Numbered from the stretch's first letter, positions 27,916-36,507 are shown. The stretch: 37,445 nucleotides of DNA from a virus (IMGVR_UViG_3300023081_000042:1-37445); one strand, 5' to 3'. Made by a program: numbers and translations. Notes: generated by a model from the sequence alone, not told the origin.

Positions 27916-28905
27916 TTAGGACTGGTCTACGTCAATGACGATGCCAGCAGTGTCCTTGTCGTTAGCAACAACTTTGTCCCAGTTGGAACCAGTTGCGATT
28001 GCTGCTGCGGTCGGGTTGGTACCACCGTTGGCGGTATCCCACTGGTAGCCCTTGATCTCCATGTTGAAAGCATACTCACCTTGGAAGGCGTAGAGGATGT
28101 TTTCTTTGAGGATCGTTTCGTCGGTAGCCATGTACGGTGCTTCCGATACCGTCAGGACGGCAGCGTTAGGCACGAGGCCAAGAACGTGGTACTCACCGGG
28201 CGTTCCAGACGTAGCGAATGCAGGAGCATCCGAGACGAAAGCCGGGAGGCCAAGCGTACCAGCCTGTCCTTCGTACACTGCGAAGTCACCAACATTGCCG
28301 GAGGCAACGGAGAGCTGTGCTTCAACCAGTTTGTGGAAGGCGGCACCGTTCATACCCCAGCCACGAATGCGACCAAAGGCATCTCCGAAGAGTGCGCGAC
28401 CACGGATCAGAGCCGTGTGGTCAATCGTAGCGTTCGCACCCGTAGCAGCGTAGTCGTAGACAACACCGCTATTGTTGCGAAGAGCAGCGACGAGGGCAGC
28501 AACAGCGTCGTTGACCATGCCTTTCATGGCTTCTTCTGCCATGTTAGGAGCCAAGATCAGCGTCAGATCCTCGGGCGTACCACCGATTTTCTTGAACGCG
28601 TCACGCGTCTGCTGGTAAGGACCGTACTTGCGGTTCAGTTTTACACCGATTACTTCGTCCTGCGTCAGAGCCGAAGGCGTGAGCGAGGTGGAAGTATCAG
28701 TGGTGTCACGACGCGATACACCGCCAGAAGGACGGTCAAAGAAGCGAGTCTTGTCGTAGTCGCCTTCGCGTTCGTTGGTTACGAGCTGGATAACGCCGTT
28801 GCCATCCTGATTGAGGATGTCTACGTTCTGCGCCAGCGTCTCTACAAAGAGTGTTTCAAAGAGTTCGTTGCGTACAACGAAATCCGATGCTTTTCCGATA
28901 GCCAT
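27916..28905 (-). CDS. Major capsid protein
   Basis: 329 aa after scaffold; KGYQWD..NPT..ATGSNWDKV..KDTAGI C-terminus typical of a siphovirus MCP family. Confidence 0.88.
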   Translation of the reverse strand: MAIGKASDFVVRNELFETLFVETLAQNVDILNQDGNGVIQLVTNEREGDYDKTRFFDRPSGGVSRRDTTDTSTSLTPSALTQDEVIGVKLNRKYGPYQQTRDAFKKIGGTPEDLTLILAPNMAEEAMKGMVNDAVAALVAALRNNSGVVYDYAATGANATIDHTALIRGRALFGDAFGRIRGWGMNGAAFHKLVEAQLSVASGNVGDFAVYEGQAGTLGLPAFVSDAPAFATSGTPGEYHVLGLVPNAAVLTVSEAPYMATDETILKENILYAFQGEYAFNMEIKGYQWDTANGGTNPTAAAIATGSNWDKVVANDKDTAGIVIDVDQS

Positions 28906-28914
28906 TGTTTCTTA

Positions 28915-29673
28915 TCAGTTAGGTAGGTTCATAAACGGTATCCCATCACCCTTGGCATTCATGTAGCCATGCTTGGCGATATAGTCCGCCTGCTCAGGTC
29001 CAGTCATATCGCGCTTGCGAAGTCCCGAAGATGGGGTTGTAGACTTATCCTGACCGGGGCGGCCTGCCGTACTGGTGTTGCGGGCCTCCTGCTTCAGATA
29101 GATTTTGTAGGCATCATTGGATGCCAGTTCTGAGGCAAAGGCTTGCGGGGAAGTTGAAGTTCCATTGACAGTTAGAGAGCCATTGTCGTCAAGGCCGAAC
29201 TTGTCACCAAAGTAGACTTCCGCAGGGGACGGCTTACCAGCTTCAGGGCGGGTGACAAACGATTTGTCAAACCCTGCTTCCTCAAGCACGGGGCCAAGCT
29301 CACGGAACTTTACTCTTTCCTCAAGGCGCTGTGCGCGTTCCTCTACCTGTGTCAGCTTCTCGCCGAGCGGCTTAAGGTGCGCCGATTCCCATTGGGATCG
29401 CAGCTTGTCTTGATCTACGCTCTGGCCGCCGTGTGACTCAAGCACCCTGGCGATAACGGTTTCGTCCTCATGTGCCTTGTCCTTATGCACATGGTTGGAG
29501 AAACGACGTTGGATCTCGTCTTGGATGGACTGCCCAAAACGCTCCTTTGGAACGTAGGTGGTTTCAAGTTCAGATTTAGAAAGAACGACTTTATCGTCGG
29601 ATAGCGGTGCGTAATCATCGCCATCTTTGACGTAATAACCCTCAGACATCACGATTACTTGTTTGTGCGCCAT
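28915..29673 (-). CDS. Capsid scaffolding protein
   Basis: Coiled-coil; C-terminal KRDMTGPEQADYIAKHG; precedes MCP; ATG-less true start may be MSEGYY. Confidence 0.75.
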   Translation of the reverse strand: MAHKQVIVMSEGYYVKDGDDYAPLSDDKVVLSKSELETTYVPKERFGQSIQDEIQRRFSNHVHKDKAHEDETVIARVLESHGGQSVDQDKLRSQWESAHLKPLGEKLTQVEERAQRLEERVKFRELGPVLEEAGFDKSFVTRPEAGKPSPAEVYFGDKFGLDDNGSLTVNGTSTSPQAFASELASNDAYKIYLKQEARNTSTAGRPGQDKSTTPSSGLRKRDMTGPEQADYIAKHGYMNAKGDGIPFMNLPN

Positions 29674-29777
29674 CGGTAGCGCGTTACTCGGAAAGCATCA
29701 CCGCGTTTTCTGCCCTTCCGGGGAGGCTGGTCCACGCGGGTAGACCAATTTGTGTGAAGATACTTAGAAGGCTAAGT

Positions 29778-29806
29778 ACAACGCAATAAAATTTGAAAAA
29801 ATAGTT
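29778..29806 (-). promoter_or_regulatory. Conserved late-promoter-like motif, copy upstream of scaffold/capsid
   Basis: Minus strand aactattttttcaaATTTTATTGCgttgt. Confidence 0.7.
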
Positions 29807-30035
29807 AAGACTTAATCACGAGGTTGCCATTCTTGTCCTCACCGAGCGTGGTGTACTTGTCGCTGTACTCGTAGCCAGGCCATCCTGCGCCCAAAAACTC
29901 TACTGTGGGCGGCTCATAGACACGGTGGCAGGGCTGACCCGTTTCAGGGCATTCCTTTAGGGCAACGTATTCTTTCATGGACTGCTCCACCTCAAAGTAG
30001 GTGCCGTCCTCGCGCTTGTATCCGTAGGTAGCCAT
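29805..30035 (-). CDS. FmdB-like zinc-ribbon protein
   Basis: MATYGYK..FEVEQSM..CPETG..RVY..FLGAGW. Confidence 0.75.
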   Translation of the reverse strand: MATYGYKREDGTYFEVEQSMKEYVALKECPETGQPCHRVYEPPTVEFLGAGWPGYEYSDKYTTLGEDKNGNLVIKS

Positions 30036-30664
30036 TATCCCTCTCTAAATTCCAAGTGACAGCGACAGTTGCTTTTGCAGATTCTCTCGCCGATGTTTAC
30101 CAAGGTGCCAATCGGCACCCACCCCTTGTTTGCCTCTGCGACACACTCTGAGCAGTGGTCCGCTTTGGCAAGAACGCTTTTCTCTTCTGTGTAACCACGC
30201 AGTGCCATCTCCTGCCTAAGGGCAGCCGTGTAAGAAACTCTACCACTCTGTGCATATAGTTGCACTCTCCTGCGAAAGCGACCGTCAAGCGGCAAGCCAC
30301 GCTCTATCTGCGTAGCAAACCGGGCAAGACGCTCATACTGAAATCTCAGCTCATTTCCAACACGCCCATAGTCTGACTGTGACATCTGCGCCCAGCCACC
30401 ACGGGCCAAGGCTCCGCTGACAAGGTGCAGGTCTTTGAGGGAGTCCCTCATGCCCGCTTGCCATTGCTGAACGTTGATTCCGCCCTCGCGAAGTTTGCCA
30501 GAAAGCGATACGACCTTTCTTTCATGGCGGTCAAGCACCTCATCAAGGTATTGGCGGACCTCAGCAAATGATACGAAGTCGCCGCTCTGGTTGATGTATC
30601 TGCCAGCAACCTCATTCCATCTGTATGTGCTATCGTCGCCCAATATCCTCTGCCTTTGCGTCAA
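30035..30664 (-). CDS. Putative minor head / head morphogenesis protein
   Basis: After portal; HCSEC..CKSNCRC C-terminus as in SPP1 gp7/Mu gpF-like proteins. Confidence 0.65.
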   Translation of the reverse strand: MTQRQRILGDDSTYRWNEVAGRYINQSGDFVSFAEVRQYLDEVLDRHERKVVSLSGKLREGGINVQQWQAGMRDSLKDLHLVSGALARGGWAQMSQSDYGRVGNELRFQYERLARFATQIERGLPLDGRFRRRVQLYAQSGRVSYTAALRQEMALRGYTEEKSVLAKADHCSECVAEANKGWVPIGTLVNIGERICKSNCRCHLEFREG

Positions 30665-30794
30665 GTAGGTCCATTGCTACCTCTGGCGCATTGGTACGCC
30701 ACATCACAGCAGCACGTTGGATGTCTTTCTCGCTGATCTGCACAAGCCTGTCAAGGTCAGCTTCGGTCCACTTCTCTGCTTTCCCGCGTTTCAT
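30630..30794 (-). CDS. 54-aa hypothetical protein MKRGKAEKWTEADLDRL... (absent from ORF track)
   Basis: Translated by hand; ATGA overlap with upstream gene. Confidence 0.55.
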   Translation of the reverse strand: MKRGKAEKWTEADLDRLVQISEKDIQRAAVMWRTNAPEVAMDLLDAKAEDIGRR

Positions 30795-31021
30795 AGGCAC
30801 TGACGGATTGGTTCTTCCATTGCCTCAGCCACCATGATGCAGTCCATGCGGTCAATCTTACCAGACATCGTGTCAACACGCTCCTCTACAACCTCTACCC
30901 GCTCAGGAAGCGAGTAGACGCTGGCAATCGTGTAGATCAAGACACCAATGCCCGTGATCGCAAGTACAAACACGCCCACGGCAGCCTTTATCGCGCTGCT
31001 GATAGCAGTGATTTGGTCCAT
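30791..31021 (-). CDS. Small membrane protein with coiled-coil
   Basis: One TM segment then VEVVEERVDTMSGKIDRM; coupled to portal stop. Confidence 0.65.
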   Translation of the reverse strand: MDQITAISSAIKAAVGVFVLAITGIGVLIYTIASVYSLPERVEVVEERVDTMSGKIDRMDCIMVAEAMEEPIRQCL

Positions 31022-32571
31022 TAGAGTTCTTCAGTTACAATTTGATCGGTTCCCGCCTCGCGGACGCGGCGGATTACATCGTCAGTGACCCCATGCCGTG
31101 CAATCTCCAAAGCCGTCTCAGCGTCAAACAGATTGCCAAGAGCAGCAAGGCTGTTAGACTGCGACTGGGCAAGGCTCTGAATGTCAATCGGGCGGAAAGA
31201 GCGGCTGCGCTCTACGCGGGCATTGAGCCACTCGTCAGGACGCTCAGGAGCCATGAGCTGCGATGAGAGGAACATCCAGTCGTTCTCACACTCGTCAACG
31301 AGGTCCGTCAGGATAGAGAGGAACGAAGTGCGCCCCGTAGCCTCGTTGTAGGCAATCTCCGTGGCACTACGCTCAATGTTGCTGCCGTTCATCCGCTGGT
31401 GGTTCGTAACGTAGTACTGGCGTACCTCGTCGCTGAACACCTTGTATGCCGTAGCACCGTTGTTGGCATCTGGGCTGATGAACTCCCAGTCACCCAAGAG
31501 GCCGTTGGCACCCTCAGCAATCTTCGCCAAGGCTTTGTCAAACTTCTGCTCATCACCCTCACGCAGTTTCAGGCGCGGGTGGTTGATCACACGGAAGTTC
31601 CAACGTGCATCAGAGAGCAGGTTGTACAGCATATTGTGGTCAAGAGCCATCTGGTAGCCCACGTAGCGGCCCATAACGTCAGAAAGACGCATACGGGTAA
31701 ACGGAATGCGCTTGCGAAGGCGATCTGGCGTAGACCAAAATGGGAATGCCCACTCCTCCTGTGCATCAAGCACCAAGGTGCGGCCCTCCTTCTGCTTGTC
31801 ACCCTCCACTACGCGCCAGCGGCGAAAGCCGTTGACATCGTACTCTGTGTACATCCGAACCATCTCCGCCTTCTTATGCAGGTCAGGGCGGATCATGCGT
31901 GTCTCTTCCAGTAGCAGCCAGACGGGAATGCCGTCCTCATCGTGCCAGTCTACTACGCGCTGCGGATCAATAATGTGTGTCCTTGGATGCTCTGCGCTAC
32001 CCAACTCCGTAAATGACCAAAAAACGTCATCTACAATGAGGTTGGTCATCATCCTCGTCGTAGCGGCACCCCAGTTCCTTCCTGTGCCGTCAATGTCGTG
32101 CCACATACGGAAGAAAATGCTGTCTGTGTCAGCAGGGTCGCCCAAAGGCTCTCCGTAGGACCGCTTGGCTTCGCTCTCAACGGCCTTAATCCCGCCGACA
32201 TACGCTTCTATCAGCGTAGACATATGTGCCGGGAAACGGGTAATGAAGGCCCTCTCGCGGAAGGCATCGGCAGACTCTCCCAGGGCGCGACGACGCAGGT
32301 ACGTCCCGTTCTGCGGACCACGGATGCGGTCCTGCCTGTCAAAGTCTACCGTGACCTCAGAGAGACGCTTGCGCCCCCTGATGCCGCTAATATCCATGAA
32401 TGGTGAGAGCGTACGCTCCTTCCCTGCCCCCGACGCAGGGTCTGCCATTCTGCTTGACTCTATCTGCGATACCAGTAGAGCATCGCCTGTAAATTGATCC
32501 CTTGCAAACTGCCGCTGATAAGCCTCCACATCGTAATCTGGATGCTTGTTGTCTACCCAAAGATTGGACAT
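31021..32571 (-). CDS. Portal protein
   Basis: 516 aa directly after terL; KHPDY N-terminus, ERSATE motif. Confidence 0.85.
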   Translation of the reverse strand: MSNLWVDNKHPDYDVEAYQRQFARDQFTGDALLVSQIESSRMADPASGAGKERTLSPFMDISGIRGRKRLSEVTVDFDRQDRIRGPQNGTYLRRRALGESADAFRERAFITRFPAHMSTLIEAYVGGIKAVESEAKRSYGEPLGDPADTDSIFFRMWHDIDGTGRNWGAATTRMMTNLIVDDVFWSFTELGSAEHPRTHIIDPQRVVDWHDEDGIPVWLLLEETRMIRPDLHKKAEMVRMYTEYDVNGFRRWRVVEGDKQKEGRTLVLDAQEEWAFPFWSTPDRLRKRIPFTRMRLSDVMGRYVGYQMALDHNMLYNLLSDARWNFRVINHPRLKLREGDEQKFDKALAKIAEGANGLLGDWEFISPDANNGATAYKVFSDEVRQYYVTNHQRMNGSNIERSATEIAYNEATGRTSFLSILTDLVDECENDWMFLSSQLMAPERPDEWLNARVERSRSFRPIDIQSLAQSQSNSLAALGNLFDAETALEIARHGVTDDVIRRVREAGTDQIVTEEL

Positions 32572-32572
32572 A

Positions 32573-33991
32573 TCAAATAATGTTTATGAAAGATGCCCCT
32601 GCGCTTGCCTTCGGCTTGGGATCGTAGATCGCCAGTTCCAAAGCGTTTCTGCGGTCAGGGCTTCTCCTAATCAGCGTTTTCAGTTTCTTCTTGTCGGCCA
32701 CCTTGCGGCGACCCTTCGTATCCATTGTGTATGTCGTTGATGCCAACTCCTCTACCAGCATACTGTCATCAGGCACGGCACCGCCAGCCTTTAGCCAGTC
32801 GGCTAAACCAAATGCCATCTCACTTCCAGCATCTGCATAGTTGTCGGAATCAGTTGCGGGAGATTGGAGGTGAATAGGGCGCACTCTAATTCCAAGTTGC
32901 TGTGCCAAGTCCATGTGTGACAGGGCATCCACTGGAGAAGCTCCGAGTCCGATCTCATCTATCTTTACCTCTATCTCTCTGTCTGTGTCGCGGCGAAGCC
33001 GACGAACGGTGTCTACAATCTTACTGGCTACCTGCACCCCATCCGATCCTTGCAGGACCACGGGTTCCATTGCCCAGTGGCCGCGAACAGGAAAAATGAC
33101 GGTTTCATCATCTCCGAAGCGGGCTACGTCAACACCAAGGCGCAACGCACCCTCGCGGGATACTGTGGGCCATCGGTCCTTTGCAAACTCAATAGTTTCA
33201 AGCCCGTATACCGTATTGTCGCCGTGGCCGGGGAAGTCCCCCATTACACGAACGCGGTACAGCGGGCTGTCCTCGCCCCATTGGTCCTTCTTCTGCTGGC
33301 ACCACTTCTTGGTGGCAAGACCGGGGATCTGTACTTCGCCCGTCACATTCGGGCTGTCCCAGCTGCTGATTTTTATGCAGTGCCACGACGCTCTGTACTT
33401 ATTGAAAGCGTCAAAGAAGTGTCCACTCATCTTCGTACCCTGCGAAGCCATTACCATCTTGGCACCACCAGCCATGTTTCCTTCCATGGCGGAAAACACA
33501 GCGTCTTGTATGCCCGAGGCCTCATCAAGCAGGTACATCACATGGGGAGAGGAGATACCAGCAGCATTCTCAGCCTCCTTTGCAGAGAAGCCAAAGATTT
33601 GGTTGCCGCTGGTGAAAGTTAGGCCCGTGGCGGGATCAAGCGAAGGCGGTTTTATACATACCTGCTGGAGGATCGGGGTTCGCTTGTATGCTGCGCGGAT
33701 TTCACGCCACGCAATGTCCTTCACCTGATTGAAGGATGCCGCAGATAGGGCAACACGCGCATCCTCCCCCAAGAGGTGCCATTTGAAGGCCCACCACAGG
33801 GCCAATACCATAAAGGACCGTGACTTTGAAGTCTTATGCCCGGATCGGATGGCAACCTGGTCATTATCTCTGACGGCACGTAGCAGCTCACGCTGCTTTG
33901 ACCACGTTGTCTCACCCAATACGTTTTCAGCAAACCATACCGGGTCCTCACACTTCTCGGCAAGGGCCTTAATGTCATCGGGAGTTGGCAT
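32573..33991 (-). CDS. terL: Terminase large subunit
   Basis: RSGHKTSKS Walker A variant, LLDEASG Walker B, GVDVARFGDD nuclease motif, RSPDR. Confidence 0.93.
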   Translation of the reverse strand: MPTPDDIKALAEKCEDPVWFAENVLGETTWSKQRELLRAVRDNDQVAIRSGHKTSKSRSFMVLALWWAFKWHLLGEDARVALSAASFNQVKDIAWREIRAAYKRTPILQQVCIKPPSLDPATGLTFTSGNQIFGFSAKEAENAAGISSPHVMYLLDEASGIQDAVFSAMEGNMAGGAKMVMASQGTKMSGHFFDAFNKYRASWHCIKISSWDSPNVTGEVQIPGLATKKWCQQKKDQWGEDSPLYRVRVMGDFPGHGDNTVYGLETIEFAKDRWPTVSREGALRLGVDVARFGDDETVIFPVRGHWAMEPVVLQGSDGVQVASKIVDTVRRLRRDTDREIEVKIDEIGLGASPVDALSHMDLAQQLGIRVRPIHLQSPATDSDNYADAGSEMAFGLADWLKAGGAVPDDSMLVEELASTTYTMDTKGRRKVADKKKLKTLIRRSPDRRNALELAIYDPKPKASAGASFINII

Positions 33992-34003
33992 TAAATCAAA
34001 GAA

Positions 34004-34633
34004 CTATATTTTTCGGGCCGCGATGATAAGTTCATCAAACGCAGACAACTCCTCGCCTACGCTGGACTGCCTGTAACCACCGTAATGCTTCATCAGGCGG
34101 TCTAAGGCATCATCTGCCGGGTAGAAGTCAAACTCCGTCCCGTATTTTGTCGGCCTCATCTTCTTTAGGAGTGAACCGTAGCCCTCTTTCTGCATCTGCT
34201 TGACATCAAATACATATTCAATGCCCAAATGCAGTTCGCCCTCGCAATGAGGACAGGCGACAGGCACCTCCCGCAGGTATTTCATCAGGTCCACATCAGC
34301 AATCGCCGAAAACTTGGCAATCACCTCTTCCATCGGCATCTTCAGAGCATCCGACTGATCTATCAGCCGCCGCTCCACCTCTGCCCAGATGTGTTCCTTC
34401 TTAAACAGCTTGTGAGCCTTAACCTTCATCGCCCGGTACGCCCTTCCGTCGTCCTCCTGACCCTCTGGCACCTTAGCGCAGTAGTAGCCAGCGGCTTCGT
34501 AGGAGCGGACCTTGTTCCGATAGGTCTGGCTCTCTGGATCAGTGTACAAGTCCACCAGCTTGGCTTCCTTATCTGTAAACTGATCGTATGTCTTTAATTC
34601 GTGTCTTTCTGGCATCCCGATCCATAGATACAC
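34004..34633 (-). CDS. terS: Terminase small subunit
   Basis: Upstream of terL; SYEAAGY HTH-like region; ALDRLMKHYG; start may be MPERH. Confidence 0.75.
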   Translation of the reverse strand: MYLWIGMPERHELKTYDQFTDKEAKLVDLYTDPESQTYRNKVRSYEAAGYYCAKVPEGQEDDGRAYRAMKVKAHKLFKKEHIWAEVERRLIDQSDALKMPMEEVIAKFSAIADVDLMKYLREVPVACPHCEGELHLGIEYVFDVKQMQKEGYGSLLKKMRPTKYGTEFDFYPADDALDRLMKHYGGYRQSSVGEELSAFDELIIAARKI

Positions 34634-34665
34634 CTTACTGGCCTTAATCTAATCTTCACAGAAAT

Positions 34666-34694
34666 ACGGCGCAATAAAATTGAGAAATAAAGTT
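34666..34694 (-). promoter_or_regulatory. Conserved late-promoter-like motif, copy upstream of terS
   Basis: Minus strand aactttatttctcaATTTTATTGCgccgt. Confidence 0.7.
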
Positions 34695-34721
34695 GCGTGG
34701 TATTATAGGTGGTGTTATATT
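34693..34721 (+). promoter_or_regulatory. sigma70-type promoter for ssb and the RNA cluster
   Basis: TTGCGT-17 nt-TATATT. Confidence 0.6.
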
Positions 34722-34774
34722 GCCCCTGTCGTGCAATTCCGCACGGCATTTTTACGTGTAAAGAGGTAAATACC

Positions 34775-35191
34775 ATGGCAAGAGGAGTAAATAAGGTCAT
34801 TCTCGTCGGCAATCTGGGACAAGACCCGGAGCTTCGCCACACAGACTCAGGAACCGCTGTCTGCAACATCCGACTCGCAACGAATGAGTCCTATAAGGAT
34901 GGAAATGGAGAGTGGGTTGAGAGAACTGAGTGGCACAGCATTGTTGCCTGGGCGAGACTGGCTGAGATTTGCAACGAATATCTCAAAAAGGGATCACAGG
35001 TCTACTTTGAGGGCAGCTTGCAGACTCGCAAATGGCAGGATAAAGAAGGAAATGAACGCTATACAACCGAGATCAAGGCCAAGGAGATGATGATGCTCTC
35101 CAGCTCTGACTCCGGTGATGGTTCTACTGGTTCCCCACCCGCTGTAAAGCCGTCTACCAAGGAAGTAATAGACGACGTTCTACCTTTCTAA
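34775..35191 (+). CDS. ssb: Single-stranded DNA-binding protein
   Basis: [23 protein letters not shown]..; acidic DDVLPF tail; GAGG RBS. Confidence 0.97.
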   Translation: MARGVNKVILVGNLGQDPELRHTDSGTAVCNIRLATNESYKDGNGEWVERTEWHSIVAWARLAEICNEYLKKGSQVYFEGSLQTRKWQDKEGNERYTTEIKAKEMMMLSSSDSGDGSTGSPPAVKPSTKEVIDDVLPF

Positions 35192-35210
35192 GGGGAAGCC
35201 TCCGCCCCAC

Positions 35211-35266
35211 GGCGGGGCATATAGTGCAAGGTTTTTGTGAGTTTCCCCTTCGCTGTATGTCCCGCC
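35211..35266 (+). other. Long RNA hairpin with G.U pairs
   Basis: GGCGGGGCATATAGTG-C-AAGG pairs with CCTT-CGCTGTATGTCCCGCC. Confidence 0.7.
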
Positions 35267-35275
35267 ACCCTTTTA

Positions 35276-35352
35276 GGGTGCGAAGTGGTTTAGACCAGTA
35301 GTAAAGCCTTTGGGAAGCTACTGGAACCCCGGTTCAACTCCGGGCGCATCCA
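35276..35352 (+). ncRNA. tmRNA tRNA-like-domain-only RNA (mini-tmRNA, Ala identity)
   Basis: Acceptor GGGTGCG/CGCATCC-A with G3.U70; unpaired AAGTGGTTTAGA; CCAGTAG/CTACTGG helix; AAC linker; CCCGG-TTCAACT-CCGGG T-arm. Confidence 0.8.
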
Positions 35353-35461
35353 CAACTGAGTAAGGCAGTCTAAACCTTGCCTGTTCTTACCTAAACAAAA
35401 CCACCACACAGGCGAGATGGGCAGTTAGTAAGACCCGTCCGTCTGATGGGGGTGTCATTGT

Positions 35462-35519
35462 GTAGAGGCAACGGGCTTTCGGGTGGGTGGGACCGCTGGA
35501 GGCCCGTTGTCGTTTCTAC
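35462..35519 (+). terminator. Strong hairpin, probable terminator or processing site
   Basis: GGCAACGGGCTTTCG..TGGAGGCCCGTTGTC followed by GTTT. Confidence 0.6.
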
Positions 35520-35556
35520 GCTATAGGGGAAATTTATTTTCTAATGGAGAGAAAAC

Positions 35557-35670
35557 ATGACATTCATTGAAGAGGTTAAGCAGGACTGGAAGGTGAACAA
35601 GGCCAGTCGCATACGCCAAATGCTCTTCTGGGGCGCAATGGGATTCTTAACCGCCAATTTTATTTTCTGA
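35557..35670 (+). CDS. 37-aa membrane peptide MTFIEEVKQDWKVNKASRIRQMLFWGAMGFLTANFIF (absent from ORF track)
   Basis: GGAGAG RBS; hydrophobic C-terminus. Confidence 0.55.
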   Translation: MTFIEEVKQDWKVNKASRIRQMLFWGAMGFLTANFIF

Positions 35671-35684
35671 TTTTATTGCACCCA
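35656..35684 (+). promoter_or_regulatory. Fourth copy of late-promoter-like motif, on plus strand
   Basis: aattttattttctgATTTTATTGCaccca aligns with the other three copies. Confidence 0.55.
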
Positions 35685-36507
35685 ACTTAGGGCAATACTA
35701 TCTTCTTACTACCGACGGGCGACTGGCTCCGAGGGTGTGAACAGGGCAGTGCGAGATACCCGCCAAACTTCAGTCTGAGACAAGCTGTTGGACCGACTAA
35801 AGTAAGTCCCCTGGCAAGAGCGTTGCTTACAGCATTAGGCTGTGCATCCCTTTGTGATTCCGGTGTCCCCCCGGCAACATACTCAGTCAGCGGCATTTAT
35901 CTCTCTATAGAATCACAAGGAAGGGGGGGCTATCTCTTCCTCTTACTCTTCTCTATATCTGGCTATCTCTCAAGGCTCCTCCACCAAGGGTGTGATATGT
36001 TTAAGACAGGCAACTCACTACACCTGAGCCAGTCCAGAAACAGGTCTTGAAAATACCACACGCATTTGAAAGAGGGGTAAGGTAGGGGGCCGGCAAAAAA
36101 ATACCCCCCCGACCCGGTAACTTACGGCAAAAAAAGGTGGATTCCAAATAGTTATGTGAAGATACGGCCAGGATAGTGTGAAGATACAGTGAACTTGAGC
36201 ACCGTTTCACAGAATCTGCGTAGAAACTACACATAAACTTCACGGGGATGGGTAACTCTTTTCCCCTTCAACCAATCTTCACTTGACAGAATGCACGTTT
36301 TTCCCTACGGACTGCAGGCATTGCCGATACTGCCAAAGGTAACTTGCCCGCATTGCCCTCTAAAATGAGCCAGGATGAGCGCAGATGCTTGGCCAGTAGG
36401 TAGGTATAGATTCCGGATTGGACGCGGTACAGAGGCTCTCAGGGGCCTCTCAAGAGATGTTCACCAGCTCGCACAGAAACGGTGGAACGTGCCGAATCGT
36501 TGGCACA

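Noticed and set aside
28081-28926. 281-aa plus-strand ORF
   Set aside because: Antisense shadow of the major capsid gene
32913-33728. 271-aa plus-strand ORF and similar long antisense ORFs (15106-15714, 22540-23259)
   Set aside because: Shadows of terL, fibre and tape measure genes; no RBS or protein motifs
35276-35352. Ordinary tRNA-Ala
   Set aside because: No D-stem and no 5-bp stem/7-nt anticodon loop; geometry matches the tmRNA tRNA-like domain instead
35276-35352. attP fragment of host ssrA
   Set aside because: attP sites usually copy one end only; both ends are present and pair, and no integrase was recognised
35355-35460. Hammerhead ribozyme (CTGAGTA / CTGATGG)
   Set aside because: CUGANGA and GAAA core elements are not properly present
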